Source: a virus (Duplodnaviria > Caudoviricetes). From it: a DNA stretch of 59,327 bases. Within the stretch, counting starts at the first letter, position 1; each line of letters opens with the position of its first letter. The notes under the pieces are model-generated. The model was not told where the DNA came from. It searched no databases and saw nothing but the letters and a program-made list of their open reading frames with translations. Shown here in pieces: positions 39,976 to 49,833 of this stretch. The translations under genes were made by a program, and so were the position numbers. Where the stretch lies: the IMG/VR virus record IMGVR_UViG_3300046051_000014, positions 1 to 59,327 of that record. One strand, written 5' to 3'.

Positions 39976-39991
39976 TCTTGACTCGGATGTG

Positions 39992-40813
39992 ATGGCTGAA
40001 TCACAACGCAGATTCGTGTTCGCGATCAACGAGAACGCCACGATCCACACCCTGATTCGCAAGAGTGGGGGAGATTACTTTCCCGTTCTCGACGCCGTGG
40101 GTGAAGGAGTCGTGCTACACAGCAAGGACGAGGACATCGAAGAGAACATGGACGAGCACCCGCCGTCGCTGTCCTTTCTCAAGGGCGTGGTCATGGTCAC
40201 GAGCCCGATCAACAGCAATGACGTGCCACGAGACATGGCCGCCTATGAGTACGAGGCCCTGAAGGCAATCCAGGACCTGGCCCTTGACGGCCATGAGCCC
40301 AAGACCTCCGAAGTCGAGGAGTTGATGGAGTACGCAATGGCCCACGTCCAACATCTACGGCCGACCAACAAGCAGGGACCTGCCATGCGCGAAGGAGTGC
40401 TCTCGATGGACGAGGATCACATCGATGCGGATACCACGTTCGTGGACGTAGAAGATGGGTTTGTGGAAAACGAAGACGGTGAAAAAGAAGTCCCGCTCTC
40501 TGGTGCTCAGGAGACCGCCGATGTGCAAGAGCCTGCAGAGGACAAGCCTGTCGAGATGAAGAGCATGGAGGACCCCTTCACGGACCCGCTTCTCGAACAA
40601 AACTCGATTCCGATGGGCTACATCACCACGGACGTGCCGTCGGTTCCGTCGGCCCGCATCGGCAAGTTCCTGAGCGCGGGGTATGACTTTCGTGACCTCG
40701 TGAACGCCGACCCCGCCCAAGTGGCGGAGGACGTGGAATACGTCTCGGTTGCTGATGCCGAGGAGATCGTGCAGGAGGCCAATACGGCGGCGCGTCGCAA
40801 GCTCCTGGCCTGA
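39992..40813 (+). CDS. Protein with C-terminal helix-hairpin-helix (RadA-N-like) domain
   Basis: KFLSAGYDFRDLVNADPAQVAEDVEYVSVADAEEIVQEA. Confidence 0.6.
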   Translation: MAESQRRFVFAINENATIHTLIRKSGGDYFPVLDAVGEGVVLHSKDEDIEENMDEHPPSLSFLKGVVMVTSPINSNDVPRDMAAYEYEALKAIQDLALDGHEPKTSEVEELMEYAMAHVQHLRPTNKQGPAMREGVLSMDEDHIDADTTFVDVEDGFVENEDGEKEVPLSGAQETADVQEPAEDKPVEMKSMEDPFTDPLLEQNSIPMGYITTDVPSVPSARIGKFLSAGYDFRDLVNADPAQVAEDVEYVSVADAEEIVQEANTAARRKLLA

Positions 40814-40881
40814 TCGGCGACCACCTTTCATTACTGGCGTGCATAAGACTCAAGTGGTAGCCACGCTTGTCCCCACATGCA

Positions 40882-41232
40882 ATGTGGGAGACTCGAAACA
40901 CGAAGATGGCATCGAACACGGACCCGCCCGTTAGCGCCGAGGACCTTACCATCAGTGAGACTTCTGCCTTCCAGCGGGACCTCCTCTACAACCTCATGCG
41001 CGTGGAGGACGACGAACCGAACGGGGTGGACGTGGAGAAACAACTCCGTGACTTCTACGGTGAGGAGGTCAACAACTCACGGCTCTATCAGAACCTCCGC
41101 GAACTCGTCTCGATCGGGTTCGTGAAGAAGCGAGAGATTGACGGGCGCGAGAATATCTACAAGACGACCGAGCCAGGACGCACGATCCTCTCCGAATACG
41201 CGGACTACCTCAACAGGTCGTTCCGCGTATAG
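40882..41232 (+). CDS. PadR-family winged-helix regulator
   Basis: AFQRDLL..YGEEVNNSRLYQNLRELV..GFVKKREIDGRENIYKTT; start at 40882 or 40906. Confidence 0.88.
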   Translation: MWETRNTKMASNTDPPVSAEDLTISETSAFQRDLLYNLMRVEDDEPNGVDVEKQLRDFYGEEVNNSRLYQNLRELVSIGFVKKREIDGRENIYKTTEPGRTILSEYADYLNRSFRV

Positions 41233-41292
41233 GATCGTGGCTACCCGTGGCAACCCAGTAACTTTTTACACTTCCATGCGGTAGTCGGGAAC

Positions 41293-44145
41293 ATGAATCT
41301 CGGGGACTTGGTAGACGGCGACGAGCCCGACAGCCACGGACCTGGCGGCCACGGACCTGCTGACAGCAGTGACCTACAACGCTACACGGTCTATGAGGTT
41401 GAATACCGTGAGCAGTTCGGCGACCCGATCATCGAGCTATACTGCCGTGACGCTCAGGACCGTGCCGTCACCATCGAGGTCGAAGGCCAGGAACCTTACT
41501 TCTACGTTCGTACCGACGCGCTCGGCACTGGCAAACATCGCACGGCCATGTCAAACCACCAGCACGTCGAGTGCCTGGAGGATGGGTACGAGTCCATCGA
41601 AGGGCACGAGCTTACCCGCATCTACGCCAAGCTCCCGAAGCTCGTGGGGGGTGATGAAGACAGCCTTCGTGCCCTCTTCGATCAGACCTGGGAGGCGGAC
41701 ATCTTCTTTTCAAACAGGTTTCTGATCGACAACGACGTCTACACCAACGTGCTCGTGGACGAGTCGGATACGTGGACTGGCTCGTCCGTCGAGGGTGAGT
41801 TCCGTGTCGACGTCGATGGTCTCGGCACGGCAGAGGCCGACAACAAGGACCTGAATCCACGGACGTGTACGGTGGACATCGAGGTGGAGGCACCCGAGTT
41901 TCCGAAGCCACACGAGGCGAAGTATCCTGTCACTGCTATCACAGCCCACGACAGCTACACGGACGAGTATCACCTCTGGGCGCTGACTGACCCACGGTGG
42001 CCCTCGACAGAGAATCTGGAAGCCGATGTTCGGGACGCAACCCCTGGGGTCAATGCCCTGAAGACGCACTTCCACGAAGACGAGTCGGACATGCTCGCGC
42101 AGTTCAACGAGTGGGTGGCAGAGCACCGCTTCGACGTGTTTACAGGGTGGTCGAGCAACGACTTCGACTACCCTTACTTGATAAACCGCTGTCAGTCCGA
42201 GAACGTCATTAACTACCGAGACTGGTCCCCTCGCGGCGAAGTGTGGGACTCACGGTTCGCGCCACGAGTCAAGGGCGTGACCATGCTCGACATGATGGAG
42301 GCCTACAAGAAGACCCAGTTCCAAAAGCCCATGGGCGGCTGGAACCTCGAAAACATATCCGAGAAAGAGACCACGCTCCCGAAGCTCGACGTTCGTGACG
42401 ACCTCGATGAACTTCGGGTTGAGGACCCCGTGACCTTTCTGCGCTACAATATCAGGGACGTCCGTTCGGTGATCGCCATAGACGAGAACGTGGGCGTCAT
42501 GGACATGTTTGACGACCTCCGTGTGCTGACGGGCGCTACTTATGGGGACTGCCACAACAACATCGACCTGCTCGACGTCCACATCCTACGGGAGGCTCGT
42601 GAGGCAGACAGGGCGCTGCCCTCAAGCACGGAGCCCGACGAAGGCTGGTACCATGGAGCCCATGTTTTCCAGTCGACAAGCGGGCGGCACGAACATGTCG
42701 TATATCCAGACTTTTCGTCGCTTTACCCGTCGATGATTCAGACGTGTAACATGAGCCCCGAGACTCTGATCGGGGACGAAGAGGACCTCCAGGCCAGTGA
42801 GTACGACGAGAGTGATTGTGTACGTTCGTACTTCGACCCCAGGCCCGTGAAACACATCGACACGGGCGACGAGAAGAGTCGCTACATGGGCGGGTACTAC
42901 AAGGCAGTGGTACGGCACAACGCTGACGGGTCAAGCGAGACCGTGTGGTCGGACGACCCTGAATATACCGAGCTTTACTATTTAAAGCCCGAGGTTAAGC
43001 AGGGGTTCATTCGACAGATCGTTGACGACCTCCGTGACCTCAAGAGAGAGTACGACGGCACAAGCCTGTACGATGCAGTTAAGAGAATTGTCAATTCAAT
43101 ATACGGAGTGTTCGGCGACAGTGACAGTTACGGCACTGGATACAGGCTCTTCGATCATCGGCTCGCCGAATCCATCACGCTCGGGGGCCGCCGCGTCCTG
43201 CTCGACACCACGGACGAGTTTATCGACCGTGTGAACGCCTACAAGAACGAGCACGGTCACGTTGGTCAAGACGCCTACCTCGTGGGCGGTGACACGGACT
43301 CGGTTCAAACATCTGTCACGTGGGCCCCTGACCCCGAGACGTCCCTCGAAGCCGCCCAAGAGGCCGCCACATCCATCAACGAGTGGTGGGACAAGCGTGC
43401 GCCCGAACTATTCTGGTGCACCGAAGACGCCCACATGGTCGAGATCGAGATAGAATCGTACTCCAGGTACCTGTTCGTTCCAGAGTCGACGGACGGCACA
43501 GGTGTGAAAAAGAGGTACGTGCAAAAGATCGATTGGAAAGACGGTGTGTGGATAGACGACCCCGAGGTGCAGGCGAAAGGATTCGAGCTTACACGATCGG
43601 ACACAGCAGTCGTGACTGAAAACGTACAGCGACCTATTTTCGACGCTATTCTCACCATCGAAGACATCGAAACGGTACGTCAAGAGGCATACGGGGTCGT
43701 GAAAGACGAGTCGGACGCCATCCTGAACCGCGAGACGCCGCTCTCGGAGGTCGCAGTGGCAAAGGGGATGAACGACCCTCCCGAATCGTATGGCTCCGCC
43801 TCACGCACGCCTCAGCCACACTACAGGGGCGCGAAGTACGCCAACAAACACATCGAGGGCGAGCACATTACCGCGGGCACGAAAGTGAAGCTGCTGTACG
43901 TCAACGACGTCCACGGTCTTCCAAAGACGTACACGGCCGACACGAAAGAGGACGGCGATCGGGTCGACGCAGTAGCCGTCGAAGACATCGACAACATCAA
44001 GGACGTGGTAGATGTGGACCGCGAGAAGATGGTCGAGAAGACGATCAAGGCTCCACTACGCAGCACCTTCCGTGCCTTCGAGGGCTGGTCGCTACGGGAC
44101 GCCCAGGCAGACACCGACCAGGGCCGCCTCGAAAACTTCATGTAG
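41293..44145 (+). CDS. polB: Family B DNA polymerase with 3'-5' exonuclease
   Basis: DIE, FDYPYL, YNIRDV; DFSSLYPS, KRIVNSIYG, GDTDS, KKRY. Confidence 0.97.
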   Translation: MNLGDLVDGDEPDSHGPGGHGPADSSDLQRYTVYEVEYREQFGDPIIELYCRDAQDRAVTIEVEGQEPYFYVRTDALGTGKHRTAMSNHQHVECLEDGYESIEGHELTRIYAKLPKLVGGDEDSLRALFDQTWEADIFFSNRFLIDNDVYTNVLVDESDTWTGSSVEGEFRVDVDGLGTAEADNKDLNPRTCTVDIEVEAPEFPKPHEAKYPVTAITAHDSYTDEYHLWALTDPRWPSTENLEADVRDATPGVNALKTHFHEDESDMLAQFNEWVAEHRFDVFTGWSSNDFDYPYLINRCQSENVINYRDWSPRGEVWDSRFAPRVKGVTMLDMMEAYKKTQFQKPMGGWNLENISEKETTLPKLDVRDDLDELRVEDPVTFLRYNIRDVRSVIAIDENVGVMDMFDDLRVLTGATYGDCHNNIDLLDVHILREAREADRALPSSTEPDEGWYHGAHVFQSTSGRHEHVVYPDFSSLYPSMIQTCNMSPETLIGDEEDLQASEYDESDCVRSYFDPRPVKHIDTGDEKSRYMGGYYKAVVRHNADGSSETVWSDDPEYTELYYLKPEVKQGFIRQIVDDLRDLKREYDGTSLYDAVKRIVNSIYGVFGDSDSYGTGYRLFDHRLAESITLGGRRVLLDTTDEFIDRVNAYKNEHGHVGQDAYLVGGDTDSVQTSVTWAPDPETSLEAAQEAATSINEWWDKRAPELFWCTEDAHMVEIEIESYSRYLFVPESTDGTGVKKRYVQKIDWKDGVWIDDPEVQAKGFELTRSDTAVVTENVQRPIFDAILTIEDIETVRQEAYGVVKDESDAILNRETPLSEVAVAKGMNDPPESYGSASRTPQPHYRGAKYANKHIEGEHITAGTKVKLLYVNDVHGLPKTYTADTKEDGDRVDAVAVEDIDNIKDVVDVDREKMVEKTIKAPLRSTFRAFEGWSLRDAQADTDQGRLENFM

Positions 44146-44166
44146 GCCCGTGCGGTAGACAAGGAC

Positions 44167-44496
44167 ATGGCACACTGTTGTCCCGAGTGTTCGATAACAC
44201 TCCCCGAAAAGACACGGGATTGCCCCGAGTGCGAGTGGGCCGAAGAAAGCGACGACGAGGACACGAACGACCGCCGTGCCTTCCGCGGTGCACGTCCCTC
44301 AACGAGAGGCACCCAACGCGACAAAAGCGTGCACAGAGAGCCTGTCTATTCTATTATGGAAGATCGTGACTTCAGCCTAAGCTCGCCCCATACCAGAACC
44401 GTGACCACCAAGGAGGGCGCGACTGACGCGGAGGTTGCACTGCTTCTGGACCGTGACTACAGCTACACGCCACCGAAGCCCGATAACTTGCAGTAA
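44167..44496 (+). CDS. Zn-ribbon protein
   Basis: CPEC twice. Confidence 0.6.
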   Translation: MAHCCPECSITLPEKTRDCPECEWAEESDDEDTNDRRAFRGARPSTRGTQRDKSVHREPVYSIMEDRDFSLSSPHTRTVTTKEGATDAEVALLLDRDYSYTPPKPDNLQ

Positions 44497-44566
44497 TACA
44501 CGACCCTGATTATTACTTCAGTGTATGGGTACTTTGAAGTGCCCTCCCTGTGTTGTGTCGAGTGCA

Positions 44567-45088
44567 ATGTCGGAACCGCTATCGGATTTCGGTGGAGACA
44601 AGGATCGTGTCGCCAAACTCGCCGCGGACACCTGGAACGTCATTACTGACGAGCCTGCCGTCGAGGGTCTCGAAGCACCCACAGACGTGAGCGAGATCAA
44701 AGTCACGCGGTGTCACGGCCCATTGAAGCACGGGCATATTCTGGGCACCTCCCACGGCATCAAGCTCGGTGTCAACCCAGACTGGTGGGCCAAGCAACGC
44801 GACGAGCGGCTTCTCGTCTTTCTCGCCCACGAGTACGCCCACCTGACGGACGAGTCGAACGGCCCAGACCAGGGCAAACACAAGCCCCGATTTTGGGAGA
44901 AGCACATGGCACACGTCAAAGACGTGCTCATGGGCGTCGACCGTATCGAGGCAGTGGGCTCGATCAGTCCACACCTCTTGGCAGAGGACCTCCGTGGCTC
45001 GGTCAACACCTCCATAGTCGATCGGCGGTGCATGAGTTGCGAGGAGTGCCGCTCGATGATCGAGGATCGGTTCACGTACTTGCTATAG
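44567..45088 (+). CDS. Zincin metallopeptidase (SprT/DUF45-like)
   Basis: LAHEYAH..HKPRFW. Confidence 0.75.
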   Translation: MSEPLSDFGGDKDRVAKLAADTWNVITDEPAVEGLEAPTDVSEIKVTRCHGPLKHGHILGTSHGIKLGVNPDWWAKQRDERLLVFLAHEYAHLTDESNGPDQGKHKPRFWEKHMAHVKDVLMGVDRIEAVGSISPHLLAEDLRGSVNTSIVDRRCMSCEECRSMIEDRFTYLL

Positions 45089-45178
45089 TCGCCGAACGCT
45101 GTTTGGCAGAGCTTCCGACCTTCTACGAAAGTCGGAAACACCCGTACTCTTTTACACTGTCGTGCCGTATCGACGTCC

Positions 45179-45445
45179 GTGACGGACCCTACAAAGGTGG
45201 AGACGGTCGAACTGGACCTCGAAGGCATCAGAGAACTACAGACACAGTTCATCGACGGCTTGGAAGAACTTGGCGTCGAAGACCCTGAGTCGCACGTTCA
45301 CGTGTCTGCCGAGGATGGAGAAATGGGGTTTCACGCTCCTGCCAACCAGAGCGACGACCCGCAAGTGTGGTCAACCATCGGCGCACTGTACGTTATCGAC
45401 ATCGTTCTGGCGCTGGCAGAGGGCAAAGGCGAGGCAGAGTCATGA
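45179..45445 (+). CDS. Hypothetical protein
   Basis: GTG start about 30 nt after CTTTTA. Confidence 0.55.
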   Translation: MTDPTKVETVELDLEGIRELQTQFIDGLEELGVEDPESHVHVSAEDGEMGFHAPANQSDDPQVWSTIGALYVIDIVLALAEGKGEAES

Positions 45446-45543
45446 GTAGTCGCATGTCCGCGGCCGAGATCATGGCCGTGGCACTATTGGAGGCTGCTGA
45501 GAAAGAAGAGCAGAGACGCGCAGAGAACGAAGGTGAAGAATGA
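45442..45543 (+). CDS. Micropeptide 1 (33 aa)
   Basis: MSSRMSAAEIMAVALLEAAEKEEQRRAENEGEE; ATGA-coupled. Confidence 0.65.
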   Translation: MSSRMSAAEIMAVALLEAAEKEEQRRAENEGEE

Positions 45544-45653
45544 GCAGTAGAATGTCCGTGGGTGAGATCGTGGCCGTGGCAATGGCAGAGGTCGCCGAAG
45601 CCCGCAAGCAGGCTCGTGAAAAGCAGACCAGTGAGGACGACAACCATGACTAA
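45540..45653 (+). CDS. Micropeptide 2 (37 aa)
   Basis: MSSRMSVGEIVAVAMAEVAEARKQAREKQTSEDDNHD. Confidence 0.65.
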   Translation: MSSRMSVGEIVAVAMAEVAEARKQAREKQTSEDDNHD

Positions 45654-45750
45654 TCCTCAGGCCGCTGCCAAAATCATGGCCGTGGCGCTGTTGAAGATCA
45701 CTGAGCGGCGAAGACAGGCCCGTGACGAACAAGACGGTGACGAACAGTGA
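45646..45750 (+). CDS. Micropeptide 3 (34 aa)
   Basis: MTNPQAAAKIMAVALLKITERRRQARDEQDGDEQ. Confidence 0.65.
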   Translation: MTNPQAAAKIMAVALLKITERRRQARDEQDGDEQ

Positions 45751-46265
45751 AGCGAGAAGACCGCGATCCTGACAACCTGTGCCGCCCCGAGGGCAACGAC
45801 TTGCAATCCAACTATGAACTACACGACGTCGGCGAGGTGTGGTTCAAGAAACAGATGGGCCTACGGGGATATGCAGTAGAGGACTGGGGTATCGACATGC
45901 GCGACGAGGACGAGGACCTGATTTACGACGACAAGATGGACTTCAAGGTCTTCGATACCGATGGCAACCTGGTCGCCATTGTCGATGCGAAGACCAAGCA
46001 GAACCCACGGTGGCTTGGCATCTACAACGAACGGCATCACGAACACTACTGTGAGATCGACGCCGCTCACGATTGCACGGTCCTGGTTGCCATGTTTCTG
46101 CTATCCGAGGAGCAGGTGGAGCAAACATTCTTGATAGACATAGCAGACGCGAGTACGGCGAGGTTCATCGATAGGAAATTCCGTGCTCCTGACGGCAATA
46201 TGGTGGTCGTGGTAGACGAGAAGTTCCATCGGTCGTGGGACAGTTTCGAGTCGCTGGTTCTGTAA
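45747..46265 (+). CDS. PD-(D/E)xK-like nuclease
   Basis: VGE..F, MDFKV, IVDAKTK. Confidence 0.65.
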   Translation: MKREDRDPDNLCRPEGNDLQSNYELHDVGEVWFKKQMGLRGYAVEDWGIDMRDEDEDLIYDDKMDFKVFDTDGNLVAIVDAKTKQNPRWLGIYNERHHEHYCEIDAAHDCTVLVAMFLLSEEQVEQTFLIDIADASTARFIDRKFRAPDGNMVVVVDEKFHRSWDSFESLVL

Positions 46266-46299
46266 TCGCCATAGGTAACGGGGTCGCGCTCACAGACGA

Positions 46300-46352
46300 T
46301 GTTTGCGACTCGTCGTCGCACGCAGTCGCTAACGGCGAGCCGTTAGGCGACA
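46300..46352. repeat. Family C element (intergenic variant)
   Basis: GCGACTCGTCGTCGCA..AGTCGCTAACGGC-GA-GCCGTTAG. Confidence 0.75.
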
Positions 46353-46680
46353 ACCTCACGCCTTAGAATGGCGCTGAGAGATCGAGGATGCCTACCCCTC
46401 ACGATCCTCTACAAAACCATGAGCGTCCGCTGAGGCACGTTCATGGAACGGAGACCACGAACCTCGGGCTACACGTGCGTGGCTGCCCGCTTGGTGGATA
46501 GCAAACCACGTGACGGCGTAGGTTCGTGCTCACACGCCAACCTCGCGCCTCTCAGCGGCACTGAGCACAACAAGTCCGATGGCCCTCACTATTGTCTCAA
46601 GAGCCATGAGCCGCCGCTCAGACAGGCTCATGGAGCAGCCAGGGCCGAGGCGGGCTACACGTGCGCGGCGTGGTTGGCAA
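46350..46680 (+). repeat. Family B element, tandem units (187 bp period)
   Basis: CCATGAGC at 46417 and 46604, each followed by GGGCTACACGTGCG. Confidence 0.85.
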
Positions 46681-46710
46681 GCAACTGAGCAACACACTGG
46701 CGGCCGAGCA

Positions 46711-46882
46711 GTGACAAACTCTTATAATATTACACCATTGTGCAGCAATACACGGTGGTTGCAACGCCGTACTGATTCACAATGGAGTGGAGCAACAGTC
46801 TTTTACAGCAGTAGGCTGTTGTTGTAGGTGGGTAGGCTTGTGCGGTTGTTTGTGGGTGTCAGCGAAGAGTGGAGTTAATTCA
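46711..46882 (+). repeat. Family A element, copy 3
   Basis: Aligns with 20385 onward. Confidence 0.95.
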
Positions 46883-46932
46883 CCATACGGCGGCACGATC
46901 CTGAGGCGCGCACCACCTCGACCGAAGGTGTT

Positions 46933-47709
46933 ATGGTAGGCACGATCGTTGAGTGGGGTATGGCGCAAGGGTTTCAGTTGCGAGATAAGGTGGAGTGTCA
47001 TGGGTGTGGCGGAAAGTACGAAAGAGTTTCACAGCACTGGGCAATGAGTGATTGTTCGCGTCCGATGTTTAGCGACAATCAGTGGGAGATTTTAGTTGGC
47101 TCCCTCATGGGAGACGGGTCAGTTACAACGTGGTCAGATAGCTACCCCAAGTTTACTGTTAACATGACGAACCCTAAATACATTTACTACCTATGGAAAG
47201 AGTTTGGTGTTCTTTCTGGCGACACCGTGGGCCACTACACTCAGAAGGAGTTAGAGTCAGCGGATATGGAGGGCTTCTCTGATGATCCCCACTGTAAGCC
47301 AGTCTACTCGTGGAGGACAAAGGCTCATCCTTTGATGATGCTCTTTACTGCTTGGTACTGCTCAGGGGAGAAAGTCTTTCCAAAAGACGTGAGCCTCACA
47401 CCGACTGTACTCCGCCACTGGTACTGCGGTGATGGGGGGCTTGGATCACGATTCAACAGTTGTCGCCTGCACTCTGCTAACGAGTCTGAAGATTTTTCCA
47501 ACATACTTTCAATGTTTCGTTCTATAGGCTTTTCTCCTAACACCACTGGGCACCACATACGCTTCTCTACTGAGAAGTCGCGTGACTTTCTCGATTACAT
47601 TAGTCCTCTACCACCTGGCTTTAAGCACAAGGCGATACTGGACGACCGTGACGCCTACGAACGTCAAAGAGAGAGGGACTACCAGCCGCCCGAAGAGTTA
47701 ACTCGGTAG
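46933..47709 (+). CDS. Free-standing LAGLIDADG homing endonuclease-like protein
   Basis: ILVGSLMGDGS and LRHWYCGDGG motifs, N-terminal CHGC..QHW; AT-richer DNA; start at 46933 or 46960. Confidence 0.85.
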   Translation: MVGTIVEWGMAQGFQLRDKVECHGCGGKYERVSQHWAMSDCSRPMFSDNQWEILVGSLMGDGSVTTWSDSYPKFTVNMTNPKYIYYLWKEFGVLSGDTVGHYTQKELESADMEGFSDDPHCKPVYSWRTKAHPLMMLFTAWYCSGEKVFPKDVSLTPTVLRHWYCGDGGLGSRFNSCRLHSANESEDFSNILSMFRSIGFSPNTTGHHIRFSTEKSRDFLDYISPLPPGFKHKAILDDRDAYERQRERDYQPPEELTR

Positions 47710-47729
47710 CACCCGTCCGTTCTTTTGCA

Positions 47730-48593
47730 ATGTCCCGACTCTCGGATAGAGAACGTGTCGCGGCCCAGGTACCTGAAGAGGCGGCAGAGGTACTTGGAAG
47801 CCGCTCGACCCACGGAGAGGCGTACAAGAACCACAAACAGATCGCTGATTTTTGGTCCACCTATCTGGGTGTCGACATCGCTGCACACCAGGTTGCCCAG
47901 ATGATGGTGCTGATGAAGGTGTCTCGACAGTCTCTTGGTTCGATCGAGCGTGACCACTACACGGACCAGGCGGGCTACAGCGGCATCGGGTGGGCTTGCG
48001 AGGCCTACGACTACTTGCAGGAGTATGGAGAACTGCCCGAGTCGTGCGACGAGCAGGCCAGTGATATGCTTACGGACGAGCAGAGTCAGGGCGGGAACGA
48101 CCCTGATACTCAGGTCCCCGAGAACACGCGGACCTACCGTCGAGACGACCCTGCTCTCGGTGCGGTCGGTGGCACCAACGACGACTCCGCTCACGACGCT
48201 GCTGATGGAATGACGGCGGAGCAACTACTTCGTCGTGTCGCCCGCCCGCTCGCGTCACTGACGAGCGAGCACATCGAGGTTGAGGGGGTCAGGAGCATGA
48301 GTGGGGACACGTGGGCCTTCGGCGACGACGTGAGCGTCACGGTCCTCGAACCCAAGCCCGTCGAAGATTTGGCGGCTGCCATGCGCTACGCCGAGATCGA
48401 GTACCTCGCACTGTCCGCACCCGAGGAGATTGACTTCGATGTAGGTAAGGTTGCCCACCACCCTATTGGACACGGGCAGTGGAAGACGGAGATCGGTGCG
48501 TCTCAAGAGTGTGTCCACCAGTTCAGTGCAATGTCGCAAGTGAGTGAGGTCAAAAAGCGTGAGACCAAGTACGTGTCTCGGGAGGACCTATGA
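47730..48593 (+). CDS. DUF6378-like N-terminal domain fused to an unknown domain
   Basis: HG..NH..IADFWSTYLG..QVAQMMVLMKVSR..DHYTDQAGY. Confidence 0.75.
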   Translation: MSRLSDRERVAAQVPEEAAEVLGSRSTHGEAYKNHKQIADFWSTYLGVDIAAHQVAQMMVLMKVSRQSLGSIERDHYTDQAGYSGIGWACEAYDYLQEYGELPESCDEQASDMLTDEQSQGGNDPDTQVPENTRTYRRDDPALGAVGGTNDDSAHDAADGMTAEQLLRRVARPLASLTSEHIEVEGVRSMSGDTWAFGDDVSVTVLEPKPVEDLAAAMRYAEIEYLALSAPEEIDFDVGKVAHHPIGHGQWKTEIGASQECVHQFSAMSQVSEVKKRETKYVSREDL

Positions 48594-49114
48594 GGCCCTT
48601 GCATCCAGACGAGTCTGGCCGTGTCTACATGGCTGGCCCCGTTCAATACGCCGAAGACCCAGGCGGGTGGCGCGAGAAGCTGCCCCTCACCTACGAGGAG
48701 TTCGAGTGGATCAACCCGCTGAACAAGTACAACACTGTCGAGAACGTCCATGTGGAGTGCATGGAGATGGAGCCCGCGGCCCGTGAAATGGCCCAGTGCG
48801 GTGATATAGAGGTCGTGAAGGCCGAGGAGATCGTGCGTTCGGACATCGAGATGATCGAGGCCTCTGATGCTCTGCTCGCTCGTCTCGATGGCACGGCGAC
48901 GGTCGGCACGCCCATGGAGGTGCGAATAGCCTATGCCGAGTTGGACATTCCCGTGGTCGTGTGGAGGACCAACAACGAGCCAGCGGCCTGGTCGTGGTCG
49001 CACTCTGATGCTGTTCGCACGACCCGTGGCGAGGCAGTCGCGGCGCTCAGGTCCCTGCTCGTGGGTGGCGAGCCAAAGCACGACCCGTCGGGTCTCCGAG
49101 AACCAGGCCTCTGA
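48590..49114 (+). CDS. Nucleoside 2-deoxyribosyltransferase-like protein
   Basis: VYMAGP, INPL, DIEMIEASDALLA, GTPMEV. Confidence 0.85.
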   Translation: MRPLHPDESGRVYMAGPVQYAEDPGGWREKLPLTYEEFEWINPLNKYNTVENVHVECMEMEPAAREMAQCGDIEVVKAEEIVRSDIEMIEASDALLARLDGTATVGTPMEVRIAYAELDIPVVVWRTNNEPAAWSWSHSDAVRTTRGEAVAALRSLLVGGEPKHDPSGLREPGL

Positions 49115-49181
49115 GTGCCCAGAGACCCATTTCACCAGAAACCCGAATCTTTTAGTGGCCCGCCCTACACTACCCATGTGT

Positions 49182-49397
49182 ATGGCACGATCATGCAAGA
49201 CGGACGGCTGTGCGAGGATGCCCGCGCCTGGAAAGGACTACTGTGCCGTGTGTCGACAACACGGCAAGCACCGCGATGGTCCTGCCAACATCCTGGCTCG
49301 GGACGAGCCTGACAAATACGGCGACGAGGACAGTGAAGACCAGGACGACACCCGCAAACGCAACCTCTTCATGCGCTACGGACGTGTCTTCAGATGA
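49182..49397 (+). CDS. Small Zn-finger protein
   Basis: CKTDGC..YCAVC. Confidence 0.55.
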   Translation: MARSCKTDGCARMPAPGKDYCAVCRQHGKHRDGPANILARDEPDKYGDEDSEDQDDTRKRNLFMRYGRVFR

Positions 49398-49792
49398 ACC
49401 TGTCGCCCATCGGACGGCCGATGAAACTCAACGATCGTAGAGTGGGCGAGTACGCGATAGACCACGACCGTGGCGGGGAGGCCGTGTTCTGCTGGTACCA
49501 GGAACCCCTTGAGGGCACCCTGTACGCCTCGAAGTCGATGGTCGAGCGAATGGAGTCTTACGTGAGGACCGTGTACGCGGTGGAAGGCGATGACGTGTAC
49601 GTCTTCGATTACGAGAAGATCGACCCAGTGTTCGGGGACGTGCACGTGGTCAGCCGCTTCGAGGACCCCTTTTACGGTCGTGTCTCGGAGAACCAGTACG
49701 CTGTCGACACGGAGGAGTGTACGTTGCTCGACCGTGCGGAGGTCTGGCCTCGTGGTGTGAACGACTACCAGCGCCACCACCTCGGTGAATGA
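49394..49792 (+). CDS. Hypothetical protein
   Basis: ATGA-coupled. Confidence 0.6.
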   Translation: MNLSPIGRPMKLNDRRVGEYAIDHDRGGEAVFCWYQEPLEGTLYASKSMVERMESYVRTVYAVEGDDVYVFDYEKIDPVFGDVHVVSRFEDPFYGRVSENQYAVDTEECTLLDRAEVWPRGVNDYQRHHLGE

Positions 49793-49833
49793 CACCTTCG
49801 GCTTCCGACGAACTTCGTTAGTCGGAAACTTGG

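Noticed and set aside
41293-44145. Intein in PolB
   Set aside because: No intein terminal motifs or LAGLIDADG block; the insertion after motif A is short.
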